A stretch of DNA of 58,447 nucleotides from an uncultured Candidatus Saccharibacteria bacterium (GTDB lineage Bacteria > Patescibacteriota > Minisyncoccia > Phycocordibacterales > UBA5272), in assembly GCA_964443675.1 (NCBI GenBank), contig CAYUDN010000003.1:1-58447 (forward strand), read 5' to 3'. The first letter of the stretch is position 1. Every line of letters starts with the position of its first letter. The notes under the pieces are model-generated. The model was not told where the DNA came from, ran no database searches, and saw only the letters and a list, made by a program, of their open reading frames with translations. A program made the translations under genes and the position numbers. Shown in pieces: positions 43,972 through 51,288 of this stretch.

Positions 43972-45039
43972 TCAGTTGGAGAATACACCGAATGCCTTGA
44001 CAAGGCCGATTGAGAGTGGCAAAATCGTGTCTGTTCCATCACTCTTCCGCTTGAAATGCTGTGTCCCCCAATCCGTGGTACTATTCCAGACCCATCCGGC
44101 GCCAATCTCAGCGAATCTGCTCCACCCGGCGACGGGTGGGACGTCCGTCGGTGCAAAAACCCAAGTCGTATCCGAGAGTACCGGGTAAGCACCCTCGGAA
44201 TCGTCGTACTCGGTAATCTGGTTCGTGACCGGACTCCAGACGAGGTTTTGCCTTGCTCCGCTTACACGATCCTGACACGAGAGCTTGATGGCCCCGGTTG
44301 CAAGCTTGACCCGGTTGAAGCCACAGTTGAAGAGAGGCCATTCGCCTGTCTGGAACTTTGTCATGTTGACTGCCTTTTCGGCAGTGAATGTCACTGTTCC
44401 TGTGGTTGCGCCAGAAGTGAGCACAAGCTTCATCGGGTACCAACCGTAGAGGTCGGTGTTGGCAAGGATCACATCTTGGTAGTGCAACACTGCGTACGGG
44501 GTGATGTACGAGGTGAGTTGGCCGACGTAGGTGGGGGTGGTCCCGAAGGGACCACCCATCACATAGACACCACCGTCTGTGGTGCCGCCAGTTCCATCAG
44601 CAACGCCAAGGTACACACCGGTGTCCGGGTAGTACCGATAGCGATACTGCTGGAATGTGAGCGTGTCCGTGTGCTTCGGGAAGTACATCGCATAGGATGC
44701 TTCCCCAAAGTTGAGGAGTTGCTCGATGGCGTCAGCGGGGGAGGCGGCCCCGTAAGGGGACGCCGGACCGGTGGACGTCTGTGTCGCTGCGAGCGCGAAC
44801 TTCTTCGCGTCTGCGGTCGCCTGCGGAGCAGTCAACGCGATCGGGGCGATCGCGAAGTTCTGCACAGTCACAGGACCCGTTGCGGCCGTGCCAGTCGTGT
44901 CGGTGTTGCCACCGAGAGACTGGACGGTCTGTTGGGTGACGTCACCGCCGCCACCGCAAGCGGTGAGCACGAGGGCTGCCGCAAGGATGAGAGCGGGAGG
45001 AAGAGCGCGAGCGAAGCGAGCGCGGTTGATCGTGGTCAT
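43972..45039 (-). CDS. GC-rich lipoprotein (356 aa), probable horizontal acquisition
   Basis: Start moved to ATG 45039, 8 nt after AAGGAGG. Lipobox signal MTTINRARFARALPPALILAAALVLTAC. Two sampled 60-nt lines gave 63% and 65% G+C, against 28% in a sampled line of the neighbouring gene. Confidence 0.75.
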   Translation of the reverse strand: MTTINRARFARALPPALILAAALVLTACGGGGDVTQQTVQSLGGNTDTTGTAATGPVTVQNFAIAPIALTAPQATADAKKFALAATQTSTGPASPYGAASPADAIEQLLNFGEASYAMYFPKHTDTLTFQQYRYRYYPDTGVYLGVADGTGGTTDGGVYVMGGPFGTTPTYVGQLTSYITPYAVLHYQDVILANTDLYGWYPMKLVLTSGATTGTVTFTAEKAVNMTKFQTGEWPLFNCGFNRVKLATGAIKLSCQDRVSGARQNLVWSPVTNQITEYDDSEGAYPVLSDTTWVFAPTDVPPVAGWSRFAEIGAGWVWNSTTDWGTQHFKRKSDGTDTILPLSIGLVKAFGVFSN

Positions 45040-45174
45040 GGTAGTGACCTCCTTTGAATGGTTGAATGTTGAAAGAGCTTGGTGCGGAGTATGTTTTGTG
45101 GACATTTTCCGCGATTTTTTTGTCCGTATCCAGTGTACCATAGTGGTGACAGGGGACAACAGACGGCTTATACT

Positions 45175-45203
45175 ATTATACAGGAAATTTGTTGACTTGT
45201 CAA
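45175..45203 (-). promoter_or_regulatory. perfect consensus sigma70 promoter for the lipoprotein gene
   Basis: On the minus strand: TTGACA (45203-45198), exactly 17 nt, TATAAT (45180-45175). The -35 lies inside the palindrome GTTGAC-TT-GTCAAC. Confidence 0.7.
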
Positions 45204-45217
45204 CTCTCCTTCTGGTT

Positions 45218-45310
45218 GCGGACAAAACGCGGACAGACGCGGAAGTGACGCGGAAAAATACAGGCGAAAGGCGGAAAAGACGCGGACGAAACGCAGACAA
45301 AACGCGGAAA
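45218..45310. repeat. phased tandem array of about nine CGCGGA(C/A) units
   Basis: Units start at about 45217, 45228, 45238, 45249, 45270, 45281, 45292 and 45303, with one degenerate unit near 45260. The mean period is about 10.75 bp. Confidence 0.8.
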
Positions 45311-45413
45311 ACATACAGAAGGACAGCTGAGAATGATTTGAATATTCTTTTGTGGTTAGTTCTTAGGTTCATTGTTTTTTGTTTGGGCGGTCGCGAAGCG
45401 ACTGCTCCCTGGA

Positions 45414-45490
45414 TATATTTTCTGCGTAGTCTGCGTTAGTACATTCGCACTGCTGTGCTCAGTATCTCGAAGCCAAGCTTCTTGATCTGT
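45414..45490 (-). repeat. decayed copy (E3, inverted) of the CGCAGAC-repeat element
   Basis: Its reverse complement reads CAAGAAGCTTGGCTTCGAGATACTGAGCACAGCAGTGCGAATGTAC-TAA-CGCAGACTACGCAGAAAATATA. Confidence 0.7.
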
Positions 45491-45550
45491 GTTTTGTTGT
45501 CTAATCTGCGATAGTATTGACAGCATTCAAGCAAGATGTATACTGTAATC

Positions 45551-45602
45551 ATCACCACGAAAGAGACCCTTATGAAGTTCCGTCTTCATTGGGGGCTTTT
45601 TT
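45551..45602 (+). ncRNA. candidate small RNA A, convergent with NYN gene 1
   Basis: TTGACA 45517-45522, 16 nt, TATACT 45539-45544. A hairpin (ATGAAG/CTTCAT plus a CCC/GGG extension) is followed by T6, which abuts the stop codon of the NYN gene. Confidence 0.4.
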
Positions 45603-46092
45603 ATTGTAGGTTATTTTTCTGATCGTTGATATAAAATATTTTTGCTGCTGTCCTCTTTAGTAAGATGGAGCATTTCTTTTCTCTTGCTGGGGAGATGACA
45701 CCAAGTAGTCTTTTTTCTGAAGCAACGAAAGCAACAAGTGGAGCATAATCACCGTCACTCGAAACAAGTAGCATCTTATCGTATGTGTGAGTGTAGAAAT
45801 CTTGTGTAGCCTTAAGAACAAGGTCAGCATCGCAATTGCCTTTTGGTTTGCCGTTGTTATCGTATACCACTTCTTTAAAAATCAAAACATAACCACACTC
45901 TTGTAGATGGCTATACAGCTTGCCATACTTAGGGACATTTCCTATAAAAAGGTATGCAGTAGTGATGTTGAACTTTTCTGTAAGCCAGACCCTTAGTTTC
46001 TTGTAGTCAAGCTCCCAACTAAGACTGTTCATTCCTTGGTGCAAGTTGGCACCATCTATGTATGCATAGTTGTTTTCTTTACGCGATTTCAT
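45601..46092 (-). CDS. NYN domain (LabA/DUF88-like) predicted RNase, paralog 1
   Basis: Start set at ATG 46092 (MKSRKENNYAYIDGANL...LLVSSDGDYAPLV). Confidence 0.75.
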   Translation of the reverse strand: MKSRKENNYAYIDGANLHQGMNSLSWELDYKKLRVWLTEKFNITTAYLFIGNVPKYGKLYSHLQECGYVLIFKEVVYDNNGKPKGNCDADLVLKATQDFYTHTYDKMLLVSSDGDYAPLVAFVASEKRLLGVISPAREKKCSILLKRTAAKIFYINDQKNNLQ

Positions 46093-46224
46093 AACAACAA
46101 GTGTATCATGAAGGGAGTAGAGCACAGATGACAGATAACAGACCGCTTCGCTTACAGATGACAGATCGCTACGCTGACAGAATACAGACGACAGACCGCT
46201 CCTCTGTATTTATCTGTACTCTGT
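46069..46224 (-). repeat. 156-bp cassette, copy 1 (155/156 identical to 46822-46977)
   Basis: Covers the first 8 codons of the NYN gene, the upstream 5' region, and an ACAGA-rich element. Confidence 0.9.
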
Positions 46225-46271
46225 TGTCTATCCGCGATTGACATTTTTTTTTATCTCTTTATACTGTGTAC

Positions 46272-46329
46272 ATATCCACACGAAAAGGGGTCCAAAAGGT
46301 GAAGGTGCCTAAGGCACCCTTTTCTTTTT
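46272..46329 (+). ncRNA. candidate small RNA B, convergent with and overlapping the 3' end of NYN gene 2
   Basis: TTGACA 46238-46243, 16 nt, TATACT 46260-46265. Hairpin GGTGCC-TAA-GGCACC plus a T-run. The 5' part (ATCCACACGAAAAGGGG) resembles RNA A (ATCACCACGAAAGAGA). Confidence 0.4.
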
Positions 46330-46845
46330 GTCATTTTTCATTGCTATTTTTTCTTGTACTGCACTATCATCAAGATAGGCGAAATATTTGTTGGAGAGTT
46401 CGTTATAAAGAGAAGATTTAAATTTTTTATTAGGGAACAATATTTTCCGGAATCTTTCTTTCTTCACTAAGTAGTCAACAACCTTTTTATAGTCACCGTC
46501 TCCAGAAACAAGAAGAACTTTGTTGAAATTTTCGCTGTTATCAATTATGTTCTTCATTATTTCAAAGACGATATCAGTATCCACGTTCCCTTTCTTCTGT
46601 GATTGTAGTGCAGTGTTATGCTCTTTAAACAAGACTATAAAACCAGCTTTTTGTAGTTTTGTGTAAAGATTTTGTTGGTCTTCGTCGATATATCCAAAAA
46701 AGTAGTACGCTTCTACGACGTGATATTTGTCTCGCAGGTAAGTTCGAAGTCGATAATGATCTGTTTTCCAATTATTGATAGTAGTACCAAGGTGTAGGTT
46801 TTGTCCATCGATGAAGGCGAGGTTGTTTTCTTTACGCGATTTCAT
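46309..46845 (-). CDS. NYN domain (LabA/DUF88-like) predicted RNase, paralog 2
   Basis: Start set at ATG 46845 (MKSRKENNLAFIDGQNL...LLVSGDGDYKKVV). Confidence 0.75.
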   Translation of the reverse strand: MKSRKENNLAFIDGQNLHLGTTINNWKTDHYRLRTYLRDKYHVVEAYYFFGYIDEDQQNLYTKLQKAGFIVLFKEHNTALQSQKKGNVDTDIVFEIMKNIIDNSENFNKVLLVSGDGDYKKVVDYLVKKERFRKILFPNKKFKSSLYNELSNKYFAYLDDSAVQEKIAMKNDKKKRVP

Positions 46846-46977
46846 AACAACAAGTGTATCATGAAGGGAGCAGAGCACAGATGACAGATAACAGACCGCT
46901 TCGCTTACAGATGACAGATCGCTACGCTGACAGAATACAGACGACAGACCGCTCCTCTGTATTTATCTGTACTCTGT
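46822..46977 (-). repeat. 156-bp cassette, copy 2
   Basis: Differs from 46069-46224 by a single T/C. Confidence 0.9.
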
Positions 46978-47090
46978 CAGCAAAGCGGGTCTGTACTCTG
47001 TTGTCTATCTGTATTCTTTCAGCGAAGCGATCTGTACTCTGTTGTCTGTCTATCTGTACTCTGTAGTCTTTCAGCACAGCGGGCTGTGTA
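46879..47090. repeat. large ACAGA/TCTGT palindromic element in a divergent promoter region
   Basis: The left half is rich in ACAGA units. The right half carries four exact TCTGTACTCTGT 12-mers (46966, 46990, 47031, 47053). Confidence 0.8.
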
Positions 47091-47133
47091 CTACTTCCTT
47101 GGTACTGCTCGTACTCGAGGTATACTAGATAGT

Positions 47134-48843
47134 ATGAAAAAAGTAGCATATATTTTGTTCCCTTTACTCACGTGTACAACGCTATCACTTGCTTCTGCTC
47201 TTGATGCGGTGCAACCAGCTCCAACTTCACCGGTATCTGTTACCAAGGTATCTGTTGTTGCTGATGTTAACTTGGTGAATCTTATTTTTTCGGAAAAAGA
47301 TAACACGTATTCAGGATCCTTCGCACTTCAAGCAAAGATGGGTAAGCAGAACAATATCGCCTATGGTGTGGTGGTAATGGGAAGTAAAGGCCAAGTGCTT
47401 TCTTTTGAAAAGCTTGGCACTGTTCCTTCCCTCCAGCAAGGTGAGCTTCTCACTAAGTCATTCACGTATAGACTTCCTCCGCTCAAAGAAAGTAAAGTCG
47501 ACGTACTTCTTGTTGCAGAAAATGAAGAAGGTCTTCGTCTTAGTACTCGCATTCTTGCAAAAGATCGCTCTGTTACTGCCGCTTCACCAACTATTACGTG
47601 TGCAGTAAACAAAGAAGAGGTTGCATCGTGTACTTTTAAAGAATCAGCGACGATATCTATTGGCCAGTACACAGCACTCTTTGGTCCAACGATTGGTATG
47701 CCTTCCTCTGTGATAGTGAAAAAAGGAGAGACCAAAACATTCCCACTTGTCGACAAACCAGGCAGGTATATTTTTGTAGCTACTAACGTAGCAACTAAAG
47801 AAATGGTTGTAGTGCCAACAGCAATTGCAGGTTCTTATGGACAAATCAAAAATGCTACCGTGGTAAGCAAGGGTCCAGGTAAGATTGCTCTTATAGCATA
47901 TGTTCGTGTAAGCCCTTTTAAGGGTTCTAAGATTGCCTACTCACTAAAAGCACATGATGGAAGTCTTTGTGGTGAAGCAGTGCGTCCAATCACAGATCTT
48001 GCACTTGAAGAAGAATTCAACACCTCTTGCAAGGAGGGAGTAGTAACGCTTTCACTCTTTGGACAAGATGGTACGTTGCTAGACCAGAAGACAGAAGACT
48101 TCTCTACTATTGTACTTGCGCCGAAAGGAACACAGTCTGCTATGACGCCAGCAAGGCTTGCAGTTGGAATTCTCATTATTCTTGTGCTTATTAGTATTGC
48201 CTTTATGATGTTCAAAAAATATTCTGCAAAATCAGTAGTAGTATCAGCACTCTTTTTGATGATGGTGGTGAGTGGAGTGGGGAGGGGGTATGCGGCGTCG
48301 TATTTCGTCAGAGTCTGGGGCCCTCCTTTGTCAATGGCGGAAATTGCGTTTATGTGTAACGTAAGTGTTACCTCAGACAAGGCTACTTACTCTCCCGGAG
48401 AGTCTATGATCGTCACAGGAACTGTCTCTCTTTCAAGGGATGCTGGAGCAGACAGCGGGGATACTGGGTATTGTTATCTTTCTTACTTTAGCTCTTTCGA
48501 TGTAACTTCTGGTGCTTCTTATAATTTTGCACAAACAAGTGGTGCTTTTTTGGACACCATCACTGTTCTTGAAAACACAGGACAGGCAACGCTCAGCGCT
48601 CCTGTTGGTATAGGTAGTCATTATCTCGGGACGCGTACAATTGTTGAGGCATGGCGCGGGGGTTCAAGATGGACAACCGATAGCCAGACAGGGAATGTAA
48701 CTTTCGATGTTGTCGACGCAACGCCAACAGTCAATCTTAACTTCGGACAACTTCTCAACAAAGCAAAGAGTTTTGCAGGTGCATATTCTAAGAAGCTTGA
48801 CGGATCATTGATACCGGTTGCACATGCGGCAGGAGGTAGATAA
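47134..48843 (+). CDS. hypothetical secreted/membrane protein (569 aa)
   Basis: Start at ATG 47134, 7 nt after TATACT. Signal peptide (ILFPLLTCTTLSLASA) and two central TM helices. Confidence 0.65.
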   Translation: MKKVAYILFPLLTCTTLSLASALDAVQPAPTSPVSVTKVSVVADVNLVNLIFSEKDNTYSGSFALQAKMGKQNNIAYGVVVMGSKGQVLSFEKLGTVPSLQQGELLTKSFTYRLPPLKESKVDVLLVAENEEGLRLSTRILAKDRSVTAASPTITCAVNKEEVASCTFKESATISIGQYTALFGPTIGMPSSVIVKKGETKTFPLVDKPGRYIFVATNVATKEMVVVPTAIAGSYGQIKNATVVSKGPGKIALIAYVRVSPFKGSKIAYSLKAHDGSLCGEAVRPITDLALEEEFNTSCKEGVVTLSLFGQDGTLLDQKTEDFSTIVLAPKGTQSAMTPARLAVGILIILVLISIAFMMFKKYSAKSVVVSALFLMMVVSGVGRGYAASYFVRVWGPPLSMAEIAFMCNVSVTSDKATYSPGESMIVTGTVSLSRDAGADSGDTGYCYLSYFSSFDVTSGASYNFAQTSGAFLDTITVLENTGQATLSAPVGIGSHYLGTRTIVEAWRGGSRWTTDSQTGNVTFDVVDATPTVNLNFGQLLNKAKSFAGAYSKKLDGSLIPVAHAAGGR

Positions 48844-49000
48844 CAGATCGCTCCGCTTACAGACAACAGAGTACAGACATACAGATAAAGACAAGGGACG
48901 GCCGCGAAGCGGCCGCCCCTCTGCATTTGTCTGTATTCTGTAAGCGTAGCGATCTGTACTCTGTTATCTGTCAGCGAAGCGGTCTCTTGTCTACAATAAT
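48840..49000. repeat. ACAGA-rich palindromic element around a GC hairpin
   Basis: Left arm ACAGATCGCTCCGCTTACAGACAACAGAGTACAGA, core GGGACGGCCGC-GAAG-CGGCCGCCCC, right arm TCTGTAAGCGTAGCGATCTGTACTCTGTTATCTGT. Confidence 0.85.
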
Positions 49001-49038
49001 AGCGGTCTATTCGTAAATATGGTAGAATCCCGGGTATT

Positions 49039-50355
49039 ATGAAGGAGAAAATAAAAGCATTTTGGGTAATTGTAATTGTGGCACTTCTTTCTGGCTGGCT
49101 CTGGAAGGGAGATGTATTACTTAATGGTAATTTTAAAAAAGATTTTGTACTTGGTCTTGATCTCGCAGGAGGCGCAGCACTTACGTATACTGTAGATACG
49201 AAAGCTCTTCCTGAAGGAACCAATGTTGAGGAAAGTGTGGAAGCACTTCGTGATGTGATCGAGCGTCGTGTGAACCTTTTTGGTGTTCGAGAACCAACAG
49301 TGACTACATCTTACAGTCGTCTCGCTAATGAATGGCGACTTGTCGTGGAACTTCCTGGTGTTGCAGATATCGATCAAGCAGCAAAGCTTATCGGCGAAAC
49401 CCCTGTGCTTGAGTTCAAGACACAGAAAAAAGACGCAAAGGATCTTACTGCATCTTCAACACTTGCTGACATGATTGGTAATTACGAAAGCACACCATTA
49501 ACAGGAACGTATCTTAAGAAGTCTTCTCTCGTGTTCGACAAAACAAGCAATCGTCCGATGGTAGAACTTACTTTTGATGATACTGGTGCACAACTTTTTG
49601 CAAAGATAACTAAAGAAAATGTTGGTAAGCAGGTTGCTATCTTCTTAGATGGTGTGCCAATTTCTTCACCAACTGTTAACGAAGAAATTACTCTTGGTAA
49701 GGCAGTGATTTCTGGATCATTTTCTGTACAAGAAGCAAAGACACTCGTAGGAAGACTTAACTCAGGTGCACTTCCTGTACCAATTACTCTTGCAGGGAAG
49801 ACCCTTGTTGAGCCATCACTTGGAGCAAAAGCGGTTGGTGCTGGTACTAAGTCAGCAGTGCTTGGATTTGCACTCATTGTACTCTTTATGATCTATTGGT
49901 ATAGACTTCCTGGTGTCATGGCATCTCTTGCACTTGTTTCGTATCTTGCGATTATGCTCACTCTCTTCAAACTCATTCCTGTTACTCTTACCGCGTCTGG
50001 TATCGCGGGGCTCATTATCTCACTTGGTCTTGCGGTGGATGCTAACGTGCTTACCTTCGAACGTATGAAAGAAGAACTTCACCGTAGTAAAGGTATCAAA
50101 GATGCAGTCGAGACAGGGTTCGTGCGTGCGTGGACTTCTATTCGTGACTCACACATTGCAGCGATTATTGTTTCGATTATTCTCTTCTGGTTCGGATCTT
50201 CTATTGTCAAAGGATTTGCGTTCACTTTCTTTTTGGGGGCAGTGGTATCACTTTTCTCTGCACAGATTGTGACACGAGTATTCTTGCGTGCCATCGTTAT
50301 GAAAGCTCCAGGGAAAGTTGGTCGATTCCTTTTCGGTAGTGGCTTTTCAAATTAG
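49039..50355 (+). CDS. secD: protein translocase subunit SecD
   Basis: 438 aa: N-terminal TM, periplasmic domain (LGLDLAGG), C-terminal 5-TM bundle. Confidence 0.9.
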   Translation: MKEKIKAFWVIVIVALLSGWLWKGDVLLNGNFKKDFVLGLDLAGGAALTYTVDTKALPEGTNVEESVEALRDVIERRVNLFGVREPTVTTSYSRLANEWRLVVELPGVADIDQAAKLIGETPVLEFKTQKKDAKDLTASSTLADMIGNYESTPLTGTYLKKSSLVFDKTSNRPMVELTFDDTGAQLFAKITKENVGKQVAIFLDGVPISSPTVNEEITLGKAVISGSFSVQEAKTLVGRLNSGALPVPITLAGKTLVEPSLGAKAVGAGTKSAVLGFALIVLFMIYWYRLPGVMASLALVSYLAIMLTLFKLIPVTLTASGIAGLIISLGLAVDANVLTFERMKEELHRSKGIKDAVETGFVRAWTSIRDSHIAAIIVSIILFWFGSSIVKGFAFTFFLGAVVSLFSAQIVTRVFLRAIVMKAPGKVGRFLFGSGFSN

Positions 50356-50366
50356 TATTTGAATGT

Positions 50367-50401
50367 ACTAATTACTAATTACTAATTACCAATTACCAAT
50401 T
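50367..50401. repeat. heptamer microsatellite (ACTAATT x3, ACCAATT x2)
   Basis: Five tandem 7-mers between secD and secF. A related TTACTAATTACTAATTAC lies at 57038-57056. Confidence 0.8.
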
Positions 50402-50410
50402 ACTACTACT

Positions 50411-51283
50411 ATGTTTATCGTCAAATACAAAACCATTTTTATAGGCATCGCTGTCTTTATGGTACTTTTCTCAGGACTTCTTGTTCACTACTACGGGATC
50501 AAAAAAGGCATTGATTTTACCGGAGGAACAGTAATCGAAATTACTTATCAAGGAAAGGGTGAAATGCCTGCACCAGAAGTATTCCATGCCAAAGGTGTTA
50601 AGATGTTTCAGACAGGAAGTGTGACCTACAAGTTCATTTCTCAAAAGTCATACGAAGAGACAAGTAAGTCACTTGTTGAACTCATTAATAAGACCAGTAA
50701 CCCTTACATAGAAACACAGGTAAGCACTGTGGGGCCAACAATGGGTAAGGAAATGACCAAGAAGGCAATGATTGCGATCACACTTGTTGCTCTTGCGATT
50801 CTTTCTTTTATTGCTTTTGCATTCCGTGAAGTATCGTATCCTGTTGCGTCATGGAAGTATGGTCTTGTTGCAATGATCACTATCGTGCATGATATTATTG
50901 TGCCAACAGGGGTGTATGCATTCCTCTCCGCTAAGTATGGCGCTGAGATCGATACTCTCTTTGTGGTTGCACTCCTTACGGTGATGGCGGTGACTATTTC
51001 TGACAAGATTGTGGTATTCGATAGAATCCGTGAGAATTTAAAATCTGGATCTGCAAAGCGTGATTTTGATCAGGTGGTCGGAGAGAGTCTTGTGCAGACA
51101 TTTACTCGTTCAGTGAATACCTCAGTTACAGTGATCCTCTCGCTTCTTGCGCTCTACTTTATGGGGCCAACTTCTACTAAGTTTTTCTCACTTACGCTTA
51201 TCGCGGGAATGGTTGTTGGAACCTATTCATCAATCTTCGTAGCATCTCCAATGCTTACGTATTTTGTGAAGAAGGGGAAGTAG
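50411..51283 (+). CDS. secF: protein translocase subunit SecF
   Basis: 290 aa with SecF topology, adjacent to secD. Confidence 0.9.
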   Translation: MFIVKYKTIFIGIAVFMVLFSGLLVHYYGIKKGIDFTGGTVIEITYQGKGEMPAPEVFHAKGVKMFQTGSVTYKFISQKSYEETSKSLVELINKTSNPYIETQVSTVGPTMGKEMTKKAMIAITLVALAILSFIAFAFREVSYPVASWKYGLVAMITIVHDIIVPTGVYAFLSAKYGAEIDTLFVVALLTVMAVTISDKIVVFDRIRENLKSGSAKRDFDQVVGESLVQTFTRSVNTSVTVILSLLALYFMGPTSTKFFSLTLIAGMVVGTYSSIFVASPMLTYFVKKGK

Positions 51284-51288
51284 CCAAA

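Noticed and set aside
44056-45439. Long plus-strand ORFs 44056..45057 (333 aa) and 44771..45439 (222 aa), and the 110-aa N-terminal extension of the minus ORF up to 45372.
   Set aside because: These are shadow ORFs typical of high-GC DNA, with low-complexity Arg/Gly/Ala-rich products and no start signals. The minus-strand gene has an SD, a lipobox and a consensus promoter, which fix its start at 45039.
23868-49000. ACAGA/TCTGT repeat clusters read as CRISPR arrays.
   Set aside because: There is no regular repeat-spacer periodicity. The units are 5-14 nt, arranged as inverted arms around terminator hairpins and dispersed over many loci. No cas genes are present.
48621-49223. ORF 48621..49223(-), 200 aa, spanning the palindromic element and the secD start.
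   Set aside because: It is antisense to the end of one supported gene and the start of secD, and it runs through a repeat element, so it is treated as spurious.
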